Of a DNA stretch of 64,000 nt, positions 13,428 through 24,923 are shown one piece after another; position 1 is the first letter of the stretch, and each line of letters starts with the position of its first letter. The notes beneath the pieces are model-generated. The model did no database searches. It was given only the letters and a program-made list of their open reading frames with translations, and was not told the DNA's origin. Source of the DNA: the human T2T-CHM13v2.0 reference genome, Homo sapiens. The stretch is from NCBI RefSeq assembly GCF_009914755.1, contig NC_060927.1; one strand, 5' to 3'. The translations under genes were made by a program, and so were the position numbers.

Positions 13428-14391
13428 CAGACTTTTTTTACTTCTTTCTCATTTGGATGCTTTTTATTTCTGTTTTTGTTTGTTTTTTTGTTTTCTTAAT
13501 TTCTCTGACTAGGTCTTCTAGTATTTTATTAAATAGGTATAGTGAGAATGGGTATCTTTGTCTTGTTCCTGATGTCAGAGGAAAAGCTTTCAGCTTTTTA
13601 TCACTGAGTATGATGTTAGCCGTGAGCTTGTCTATATGGCCTTTATTATGTTGAGGTACTTTACATATAATTTGTTGAGAGTTTGTATAATGAAAAGATA
13701 TTGCATTTTGTCAAGTCATTTTTGCATCTGTTGAGATGTTCATGTAAGTTTTATTCTTCATTCTCTTACTATGGCATATCACCTTGATAGATTTGTGTGT
13801 ATTGAAACATCCTTGGGATAAATCCCACTTGAACATGGTGTATGATCCTTTTAATGTGCTGTTGAATTCGGTTTGCTAGTATTTTGCTTATAATTTTTGC
13901 ACCTATGTTCATAACGGAAAATTAGCCAGAATATCTTTGCCTTTCATGACCTCAACATTTTTTAACAGTGCTGGGGATTTTTCTGTGATGCTTACTCATT
14001 ACGTCAGCTTCCGCCACCTGTGCATCCAGGTTCCTAAGTTCACCTATGAGTCTCTGTTCATCACTTCCTCCACCTACGCATCTATGTTCCTAATGAATAG
14101 TTTGCCAGCCTTTTCTTATCTTTCATGATCTTGCCACTTTTCAAGAGTGCTGGTTTTTTCCTGATGTCTACTCCTTATGTCAACTTGTCTACCTTTCTAT
14201 TTAAAAAAAAAAGATGAAACTAGTCTTCTTCAGACTTCTTTTTGAGAAACACTGCTCTGTACTTTTTAAAATATGACTTTAGTTATAAAAACTTGAGCCA
14301 AAAGCTTACTCTAGGTGCCTCTCTATTTATTTTTTAAAATTTCTTTCCTTTTAAGTATTATAAGATTCAGGATTAGAGCACTAGAAGAAGT

Positions 14392-14510
14392 TTATATACA
14401 TACATATTTTTATATACATATACACTTGAAATACACGTTATACATACATAAGTATATATGCACATACATACATATACATGTACATGTACATATGCCTATA
14501 CGTATATATT
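14392..14510. repeat. TA/CA-rich low-complexity tract
   Basis: Imperfect tatatacatacatat... repeats. Confidence 0.75.
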
Positions 14511-15069
14511 AATCTATGACATCATACACACAAAACCCTATTGTGAAACCAAAATTGTAGTGATAACAAAGCTTCACCTTTGGTTCTATACCTGGGCCTC
14601 CCTTCAACCCAACCTGTTACACTTTAGTTGCCCTTCATGTTTAGAGCTCTAAGTAAATTTTCTTAGGAGAAAAATAAAAGAGGACTTCATTGCCAAGAAG
14701 AAAGTTTGCAAACCATTAGACATGTTGATTCCTTAGGACTCTTCCAGACAGAACTTATTTGCTATTTACTTGAAATAATGTCATTTATTTGAAAGATCTT
14801 ACTGGAGTAAAATGAGGAGTATGATGGAGGGTAAAAATTGGAGAATGCCCTGCTTAGAGATTATTATACTAATTACTATGTAAAATTGCATAGCAGTCTG
14901 GTCTAAAATTTCATCTGAAACCGGTTTGGGGAATGTAGAGATTCTGAAAGCTGTCCAACAATTACCCAATAGTGATTAAGCAACATCTTACCATACCTCT
15001 AATTTCTTGCACATTTGTAACATTTGCTTGGCTTTGCAAGTGTAGCAAGCATAACTGAAACAACAATTG

Positions 15070-15365
15070 GGCTTGATGTATTGGCTCACCTCTGTAGTCC
15101 CAGCACTTTGGGAAGCCCAGTGGGGAGGATTACTTGAGGCCAGGAGTTCAAGACCACTCTAGGAAAAATAAAAATAAAAATAGTCAGAGGTAGTGGTACA
15201 CTCCTGGAGTCCCAGCAACTCAATAGACTGAGGCAGGAGGATTGCTTGGGCCCAGGAGTTCGGGGTTTGCAGTGAGCTAGGATCACACCACTGCAATGCA
15301 ACATGGGTGACAGAGGAAGACCCTAATTCTAAAAAACAAAAAAGAAAAGAAAGAAAGAAAAAAGA
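15070..15365 (+). mobile_element. AluJ
   Basis: Diverged dimer (gaggccaggagttcaagacc; gcccaggagttc) with A/GAAA tail; TSD gaaa(c/t)aacaattg. Confidence 0.9.
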
Positions 15366-18300
15366 AATAACAATTGGATGTAGCCATACAGATTCGTGAA
15401 TATGTGATACCCTACCTTATAACTTTTCAGCAGGACAATACTTAATAACACAGGCACCAAACAGAGACGTGATTCTTAGTAAAATCTGTAGGGCAGCACA
15501 AAAGTGCACAAAAATCTAACACCATTCTATTTCTTAATTAATTATATAAGAACTTAGTATCTATTTAGACATTCTGATTTATCTGTTCAAAGGGAACATA
15601 GTGTAGTATGCAGATGAACAGGCTGCAGAAGAACTCAGTGTACTTAATGAGCATTTAAAAAGGTGATTTTCTTTATCCTTTCCTATTTACTTTTGTGATT
15701 ATACTTTAAGTTATTTGTTCTTCATGGACTGCTAAACTTTCTATATGAATTACATATTCATTGAAAAGCTTTATTCCCTGCAACTGTGTTTATTTTGGGT
15801 CATAAGAATCAACTTTTACTTTGAAATTATTATAGAGCTCATTTTTTCCAATGTCTCATGATCCTGTGATTGATAATATGTTATAGATTATGGCTTTAAA
15901 AATTCGGTATCAATAATCACCACTGAGGGATATATTTTAAAAAATGACTCATCTGTTTCAATTCACATTATAAAAGGATTTTCTCATGGATTAGGACACA
16001 TACATTACCCTGTCATTTTCTCTTGTGGACTTGGTCCACTTTTCAATTGTATTCTTATTATTGAGAAGAAATGAATATATTTAACCTATTATTGCTAGAT
16101 TTCCTGGCAACATCACATGATGTGTCCTAAAATCACTGATGTGGCTTGCTGGTCACAACGATCTGGATGATCACTATAGCTTAGAAAACTCTTGTGGACA
16201 TGGTGCCTTAATCTTTAATTAAGAGGAAAAACTATTTCTAAACTTTAATCATATCACTTAAATCCAATTTCATGGCCACATTTTATTTTAAAAGAATGTA
16301 TGCATTGCTCTTATTTAGGATCAGAGATATTCTTTTTACTTTCATAAAACAATGGGAATTGATTTGATATTTTGAAGTAATTAGTAAGTCCTACTCTCTT
16401 AGATATTCTAAAAAATAAGTATTTCAATGTAGGTAATTTAAAGAGGAAGCTGTGATATGCAATAGCTCTACTTATTTAGGTTTATAGCTTTGGTCTTTCT
16501 AAATACACTTTTGTTTCTAATTTGTATCATTTGTCATAAGGTGGTAATAAAGCCGTATGATCTTATTTATAATAATATTTCTATGGCATCCCATATTTCT
16601 ATGGCTGTATATATTACATATGTGACACTTCTTTAAAAATATAAAAAACTCTTTAAAAACAGTTTAATAGCAAATATTAATCAGAAATTATAATTAATGG
16701 TGATGATTTTTAGAAAAACATGATTGACATGCAGCATTCTTGGACATGGGATGATGTCCCATACATAGATAGTATGTATGTTAGTTTCTGTTATTTTGTT
16801 TGTTTACCTCTGTGTAATCACAGCATATCAGTGTTATAGAGGTCACCTGAAGTCCATCAGAAGCAGAAATATCTGTCTTCTTTTACTTGCACCTGGAAGT
16901 GGTATCACTGTGAGTCCTGCACTTCTGAGTGATATAATCTGTTTTACTGTCACACTTTTAGGACATAAAGTGGGAAGTGGGATTTTAGGGGAAGAATAAA
17001 GATCAGGAAAGGACAGGATTAATCTGCAAGGAGGAGAGCAGGTTGATTATCTTGGACTCTAGCCCATGTGGGAGTTTTGCAGTTTCCAGCATGGTTGGAA
17101 CATGCGTGCTAGGATGAGGCCAAAAAATCCTCCCATTTGGAATTTCTTCATGGTGGTTCATAGTTTATCCAGATACTCATTGGCTAGTTGTGTATTGTTG
17201 GAATCAAGTTTGGAGTTGTTAGGGGTAGTTCATAGAAAGGAAAATTAGTGGGGATAGCAATCACAGTTTCTATGAAGTTGAGTGCTCTGGGTTGAAAATG
17301 ACAGATATGAAGTTTGGTGAACAATACTTACCATTAGCAATGTAGGAACTCCTCAAATAACAAGTTAATATTTTGTCTACATCCATCCTTCCATGGATGA
17401 CAGGCTATGGATAAGTTGGTGTGGGCATGCAGGAATTTGAATAACACACACTCAAACCAGGGAGCTAGATGGTAGGGTATCTTGTGAACAAGTAACTGGA
17501 TTGAGAAGGGTAGTAGATGATGGGGGGCAAAGTGCAAGGGCCGTAATATGTTCCCTTGGCAGCGGAAACCATTATTCTCTAGGAAAGTGCCATGCCCTTT
17601 GAATGGTCACAGGGCACTTGGGAAATGGGAGAGGATTCAGTAATGCCTCAGACTGTCTGGAGTTGACTTTATGCCAAGCGCAGGTGTCCATGGCAGATTA
17701 CTGCTTTGAATGGGCTTTGAAGCAGTTGAGTCATAAAATGACACAGGGCATGAAGTCATGGATCATCCCTTCTCTGACTTTGTTACCAGCTTCCTTTCAG
17801 CCACCACTCCCAATTCATGCTGTCCAGGAGGGATGTTTGCGAATGAAAAAAACTGATGTAGGAGTGAAAATCGTGCTGGTCCACATGTTTACTCCAAGCA
17901 TTTTAGCATGGCATAGAAGCTTTTCATGAACTGGGTCCCAAATTTTGCTCTCAAAAGTATAAACTTAGGAGACCAGTCTTCATCATGGTATAAATAAGTT
18001 ACTTTCTTGATGACAATAATACCAGTGGCATGGCCTATAACTTGAAAAACACGGCCTATAACTTGAACCAATTAGAGATTCAAACTGGGGGACTTAATAA
18101 GGGAGGGGCAGAGCAAATAATTTATATGAGACAATTTTACTGTAAATACCATAAGTTTAGGATTAATGATATTTAATTATAAAAGGAAAGTTCAAATGCA
18201 TACTATCCATTGTGTTTTCATGAAAATAAAGTTCATTGTTGAAAAAGATTAAGAATAAGGATGGGCTTTATTGAAGCTCTTCCACAACCTTTAAGTTACT

Positions 18301-20631
18301 TAGCTATCCAAAGGTCTTTATTATATTGGAAATATAATAAAAAGGTAAATAGAAGTTTGAAATACAGTTACCAGTGTCTAAACTCTAAGGACATTACCGT
18401 GAGCCAGATATGTTCTCTCAAATTTTGACCTTTTACTTTTTCATTCTTGTTCTTTACAAAGTAATAACATCCTGAGATGAATGTCACATTTTTTTGCACT
18501 CAAGTACATATCAGTTACCCACAAAATCAGAAATACATATCCATTCCTTCATGTCCATTTTATAGAATGCTCCATTCTAGGCTTGTTTTGGTTTAGTATT
18601 AATGTTTATGTGCACTTTTGAACTTTGCTTAGCTGGCTATCTTTGAGACCATATAGGTCTAGGAGGAAAGAACTAAGCTATAGATAGGTCAATAATTCAG
18701 CATTACTGTTGGGACCTACTTGTTTTATACTTGTTACTGTTTCTCGGATCCTATTATTCCTGGCTCCAGATATAGTGTCCTGTTAAAAGAATTATACATC
18801 AGATATTATAGTTTTTAATATTATGGTTTCCATATTATTAAAATATTCATTTTTCTATTTTCCCATATGATATTAATGACTTATCTTAGGCCCAGTAAGG
18901 GGTACAATGACAACTTAGGTATCATGTCAGTGTTTGTGAAATTCAAAACCAAGTAGAAAGATTAATCATGTACATTTTTGTATAATAAAGGAAAAGTGAC
19001 GACTGGCCTTAAAGAGGTAATAGAGATTTGGGAATTTAAAAAAGAAGAGTTTCCTTTGATCAGGTATTTACATGCAGAATCACACATATATGCTTGTGAG
19101 TATATATAAAATGTGTAGAAAATATCTGAAACACACCTGATAAATAACATAGTTGTTAAGACTATGGCAAAATTGCCAACCTCGGAGAATCTGACTCAGG
19201 TGCTTTTCCAATATCTTGAAGAGAACTGACTTTAGCATGGGTTTTGAAGAATGTTAGAGGAAAAAAGCCTTGAATGGCAAAGTAACAAATGACATAATGG
19301 GGAACATAGAGATGGGAAATACTGACACATTTGTTGAAGTGACTTATTTCATATGGCATTCCAGAAAGGAAAGTTAGGGTCAGGCAAGGTTATTGATGGA
19401 CACTTTTTGACCTGTCCCTGTTTATGTGTTCTCTGTTTGTTTTTTTCCTAGATTAGCGAGATTGAGAGTAGGATGACTGAGGGTGGGCTATTGATAGCAA
19501 TCTTTGATTAGTAAATTATCTACCTAAGGGCATGGCAGAGAGATTTGGGATCTAGGAAAGTTTCTGTAAGATAACTTTGTTTTGGCTCATTTTCATTCTA
19601 CGCTTATTAAACCTCTAGCATCTTGGAAGTACACTGTAGAGATGGTAGGATACCATTTCCCTTTCTGAGGTACCTCTTGGATTTCAATTTAGTTTTTCCT
19701 TTCAGTTCAGCCAGCCACTGTGGTGACTGGGTGACTTAGAGGTACATCCTGTGGTCCTGAGCTTTTCACTTGTAGCAGCAGCAGGTATTTTCATTTGTCC
19801 AGATCCCAGACTCTAGCCAAGGCAATAGCTCTTGGGAGATTAATTCAACGTTATCTCCTGCAGTCTGCAGGGTCATAGGTGAGACCTCAAATGCCTTTCT
19901 CTTTGAAAAAGAAAAGGCACTCCTTATCAAGTACTTCACATTTTATCCTTGCATATCAGACTTGTGCACATCGATTTTTTCATAATTTTCTCCCTTTGTT
20001 TCTCCAACACTGCATCATTCTCATAAGATACCTGTTGATTGGCCTTTTTTTTCTTCACCTTGGTCCACGTGCTTTTGCATTGGGATAATGTTTCTTAAAA
20101 ATTATGGTATGATGTTGGTAATGTCCACCTTGTTTCCAAAGAATATATTCTAAAAATGTTTAAGATTTTTTTTTAGATTCTATAATGAAATAATATGATT
20201 TAATAGCTATATTTATTTCTTCCACTCACTCTGGTTACTTTATTTAAGAAGGATTTTTACAAAACTATATGTACTGCCAATTTCCACTAGAAATATCTTT
20301 AGAATTGGATCATTTTCATTTGTGATTTTTGACCAAAAAATCCTGTGTATCTCTCTCGCCTTGTACATTCTCTGTCTCTTTCCCTCTCCTCTCTTATACT
20401 TTCTCCTTTTTTCCTCACACAAAAAATCAATATTTTTTAAAACCTTAAATTTAAATTGGTTTGAATTTTTTTATGCCATGGTAATATATTATAAATATTA
20501 TAAAAATAATTATGATACATCACATCAATTTATGTAGATTTGTTTATCTTATGACTGCTAGATAATTAAATTTTTTTTCTCCTGGTATTTTGGAAATGTT
20601 TGCATTACAGAATATTACCATATATTTTCAG

Positions 20632-21234
20632 GTGCAGAATGATGCTGAAATAAAACATAAAATCAAGATGCAAGTCTTACTTTACCCTGGCTTACAGATA
20701 ACAGATTCTTATTTGCCATCTCACCGAGAAAATGAGCATGGTATAGTTTTGACCAGGGATGTAGCCATAAAACTCGTGAGCTTATATTTCACCAAGGATG
20801 AAGCACTTCCCTGGGCAATGAGAAGAAACCAACACATGCCTCTGGAGTCAAGACATCTGTTTAAGTTTGTTAACTGGAGTATTCTTCTTCCTGAGAAGTA
20901 TAGAAAAGACTATGTATATACTGAACCAATTCTTGGAGGACTTAGTTATTCATTGCCAGGACTTACAGACAGCAGAGCATTACCCTTGTTGGCCAATGAT
21001 TCTCAGTTACAGAATTTGCCACTAACCTATATTCTTACTTGTCAACATGATCTCTTAAGAGATGATGGACTTATGTATGTTACAAGACTTCGAAATGTTG
21101 GAGTCCAAGTTGTTCATGAACATATTGAGGATGGAATTCATGGAGCTTTATCATTCATGACTTCACCATTTTATTTACGTCTAGGTCTTAGGATAAGAGA
21201 TATGTATGTAAGTTGGCTGGATAAGAATTTATAA
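20632..21234 (+). CDS. AADACL2: AADACL2 terminal coding exon 5 (603 nt incl. TAA), contains Asp341 and His371
   Basis: tttcag|GTG. Encodes VQNDAEIKHK...TCQHDLLRDDG...EDGIHGALSF...WLDKNL*. With a 138-nt exon 1 (as in the paralog at 34129) the CDS is 1206 nt = 401 aa. Confidence 0.96.
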   Translation: MQNDAEIKHKIKMQVLLYPGLQITDSYLPSHRENEHGIVLTRDVAIKLVSLYFTKDEALPWAMRRNQHMPLESRHLFKFVNWSILLPEKYRKDYVYTEPILGGLSYSLPGLTDSRALPLLANDSQLQNLPLTYILTCQHDLLRDDGLMYVTRLRNVGVQVVHEHIEDGIHGALSFMTSPFYLRLGLRIRDMYVSWLDKNL

Positions 21235-21379
21235 ATATGTGATGTGTATGTATAGCCCTTACATAGTGGATTGTAATTTGTGATATTTTGTGGTTTTGGA
21301 GCAAAGAACAATGTCATTTGAGTTATCTAAATCTACATTTGCAACATTTGTAGCAGTTAATGTGTGTCCTTGAAGAGTT

Positions 21380-21642
21380 ATTAAATTTTCTGACTTGCAG
21401 ACCCTGAATATGTAAAATGTATGTAATCCTGCCTATTTTCTCCTTACTTATAATTTATTATAATTATGTTGGTTCTAATAAGAACCAATGCTTATTAAAG
21501 TTGAGAAATAAGAGTGGTTATTGGCAAATTAAGCAAGATACTTTCCAGATAGGCACAGAAATTGTTGTAGTGAGTGGGAAGAGGAAAAAACATGGAACAA
21601 ACTTGCTGCTAAAAATATATGGAAACCACTGGACTAAATAAA
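21380..21642 (+). promoter_or_regulatory. Candidate AADACL2 polyadenylation signals
   Basis: ATTAAA at 21380 and 21494, AATAAA at 21637, all downstream of the stop codon. Which is used cannot be told from sequence. Confidence 0.45.
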
Positions 21643-21654
21643 CCCTAAGGACCC

Positions 21655-22150
21655 TATATTAGTTTCCTGTGACTATTGTAGCAAATTACTACAAATTCAG
21701 TCGCTTTAAACAACAGATATTTATTCTTTTACAGTTCTGGGGTCCTAAAGCATGAAATTAGTATTAACTAGGCCCAAACCAAGTCACAGGCAAGAGACAT
21801 GACTCCCTTGGAGACTCTCTAGAAGGTGCTCTTTGCCTCTTTTAACCTCTGGTGGCTGCCAGTATTCTTTGACTATTCTTAGATCAGTTTAATCTTGAAG
21901 GCCAGCATCTTCCAATCTCTTTCTGCTTCATCTTCACATTGCCTTCTTCTCTGCCTGTGTCTAATCTCCCTATGGGCTTCTCTCAGAAAAACACATGTGT
22001 TTACATTTAGGAGGGTCCACCTGAATAGTCTAGGATAATCTCTGCATCTCACGATCCTCAATTTAATTGTATTTGCAGATTTCCCCACTCTTTTCTATAT
22101 AAAGTAACCTTCAGAGATTAGGATGTAGTTATCTTTTGGGAGGCCATTTT
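21655..22150 (-). mobile_element. MLT1 (MLT1D-like) MaLR LTR
   Basis: tatattagtttcctgtgactattgtagcaaattact...aaacaacagatatttattct...tcttttgggaggccatt. Confidence 0.8.
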
Positions 22151-23581
22151 TAAAAATATTTTCAGTCAAATTTTATTTTTTAAAGGAGGCAGCAGATCAA
22201 TATTATAATTCAAGAATCTGATCTAAATATGCATTCAATAATGAAGAACATTTGAGTATGGACTAGAAAAGCTTCTCCAAAAAACTTTCAAATATATCAT
22301 CTCAAATTACCTAAAGAATAAATCACTTCTGTAGCCCTTTTGTTGAGTGGAATCATAAACAAAAAACTGAAAATTTATTGCTATGAAAACAGATCCATGG
22401 TACAATGTTATAAATTTTGAGTATTAAGCATAGTCAGTTGAATCCAACTAAGAAGTTAAAAATGTAGTAAGAATTGTGTATATGTATGAGTATGTGCATG
22501 TGTGTGGGAAAAATCTACCATCCAATTGACCCAAAAACAACTTACTCAGTTGGGACCAGACATTTTTCTCAATTCTCCATGATTCAGAAGGCAATTAAGA
22601 ATTACAATTTCAACAGTCCACAAACAAAATAAGATTTTTTTAATGTAGAGAGAAATTAATTATGTTCAAAGAGCCCTTTTTCTTTCACTCAATTTCAGTA
22701 CCCCAAAGCTAAAAACGCAAACATGACTATGACAAATGAAAATAAGTATCATGGGAATCTGTTTTTTTCCTCTGAGAAATAAAATCTAAATGGAGATTTG
22801 ATACTATATGCTATACTACATACACTAAGAATATTGTATTTTTCATAATTCTGATTTAATCTCCTGTAAACTTGATATATTTTAAAATTTGTAATTTGTT
22901 TTTCATGATACTGAATCTGGTTCCAGTTCTTTTTCATCATTTAATATACTGGCTACCCGTTCTAATTAGGAAAACAAGTCCTAGAAATCTCTTCATTTTG
23001 ACAGCAAGTGCTGATTTGTAAGAAAATCATTAAAAATGCAGCTCTCTAGGAAGCACATTTTGTTGATTGTCCTATTGTCTGAACATTTTCACAGTGATTC
23101 CTGACTAAAAATCCTTTTAATTTTGTAAGCACTACACTAGTGTGTCATGTCACTAGTATGTACTTTCAAGCCTTTAAACAGAAAGGATGGCTCACAGCTA
23201 GATAATAACTAAGTTTGTTTTCGTTTTGAAAAAGTTTGTATCTTGCAGAGCAGAAAAGCACTTCTTTTTTTGCTACATAAGTATGTGGTAGAAATGTATG
23301 CTAAGGTAGGCCAGTCAATCCTTTTTTATTTATTTTGTAAATTTGGTCCCAGAATATTTCTGGAAGGAACCACAGGTAGACTAGCTTCCATTGCAGTCCC
23401 TTACCTCACTAACTTCTTTTGTGGCTTTATCCAGGCACTGTTACTGTTTGTATGCTAAAGGGTTCATTTCACTGGGTCTTACTTTCAAAGTTTGTTCCAT
23501 TTTGTGTGGTGGCATGAGCATTGTGATCAAGCCATTAAGTTTGGAAACAACTGAATGAAAGTCGTCTGTTATAATGTATTT

Positions 23582-23844
23582 TACTTTATTTTTAAATTTC
23601 ATTTTAAATTGACAATAATTGTACATATTCATGGGATACATAGTGACGTTTCAATACATATCATGTATAGTGATTATATCAGGGTAATCGGCACATCATC
23701 TCAAACATTTATCATTTCTTTGTGTTGGGAATTTCAATATCTTTTTTTTAGCTGTTTGAGATTATGTAATATATTATTGTTAACTATAGTCATCCTACAG
23801 TGGTATAGAAACTACCTAGCTGTAATGATGTATCTTTTAACAAA
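23582..23844 (-). mobile_element. 5'-truncated L1MA 3' end inserted in the GALNT1 retrocopy
   Basis: ttgacaataattgtacatattcatgggatacatagtg... Degenerate TSD t(a/c)taat(g/t)tattt at 23570 and 23845. Confidence 0.85.
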
Positions 23845-24349
23845 TCTAATTTATTTCTTGACAGTATAGGGGAAGACTTGATTACACCCCATGGCATTAC
23901 AGCTAAAAATTCCAACGTTTTCAGTCTCTTTGTAGCTATGTTATCCAGACATTGATTTGTATTTACATCTCATCTTCCTTTCTAAGAGAAACAGTGATGC
24001 AGAACCTGAGAGTCAAATTTAATATTCTCTAGGTACCAAGGCAAGGGTTTATGTTACAGTTTGTGTACTAGTCCAAGTCCCAAGTTGTGACGATACAGCT
24101 CCATAACCTACCTTTATACCACCCAGGGAAAGTATACAGAAGAAATTCTTGACTTCATCTATCCGAATTTCTACAAGTCATCTGTTATTTTTCTGATAAT
24201 CTGCCTGTGTCTCCTGGAAACATAAGGTGTAGGTTTCTGACACATATATCTAACATGTAAAGAAGTAACAATTTCCAAAATACCTCCAAACAGCGCCACA
24301 TCCTAAAGGAAATTTCTAGGTTTTTCTGCTGAAATATCCATTCCAGCAT

Positions 24350-24858
24350 TGTGTTTGTTTGCTAGAGCTGCTATAACAAAGTATCACAAACTGAGTGCCT
24401 TAAATAAACAAAAGGAATTTATTACTTTGTGGTTCAGAAGGCTAGAAGTTGGAGATCAAGGTGTCATCACACCATGGTCCCTCTGAAGGCACCAAGGATG
24501 GATCTGTTTCAGGACTCCTGGCCTGTAGCAGCATAACTCCAATCTTCACATGATATTCTCCCGTTGTATGTGTTCTTCCCCAATTTTCCCTTTTTATAAA
24601 GATAGCAGTCAGATTAGATTAGGGCCTATCCTAATAACTTCATTTTAACCTGACTGTCTTTGTAAAGACCCTATCTGCAAATAAAATCACATGTAAAGTA
24701 TTGGGGCTTAGGACTCCAACATATAGATATGTTTTATATATATGGTGAGATATATATATATTTTTATATATATGGTGAGATATATATTTATATATGGTGA
24801 GATATATATATATATGGTGAGATATATATTTATATATATGGTGAGATATATACATATT

Positions 24859-24894
<36 letters not shown>

Positions 24895-24923
24895 TTTGGT
24901 GGAACACAAAAGAACACCTAGCA
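24350..24923 (-). mobile_element. MLT1 (MLT1B-like) LTR inserted in the GALNT1 retrocopy
   Basis: TG...CA ends and 5-bp TSD agcat/agtat. Its removal restores GGAACATATGATGCTGGAATGGATATT (GTYDAGMDI). Confidence 0.88.
24721..24892. repeat. AT-rich minisatellite (tatatatggtgagatatata) x5 plus (TA)n inside the MLT1
   Basis: ggtgaga cores at about 24744, 24774, 24796, 24816 and 24840, followed by pure (TA)n. Confidence 0.9.

Noticed and set aside
19150-19570. Possible old LTR
   Set aside because: LTR-like feel, but no termini, TSD or family could be identified.
24721-24892. Regularly spaced short repeats resembling a CRISPR array
   Set aside because: The spacers are only (TA)n, the context is eukaryotic and there are no cas genes; it is a minisatellite.
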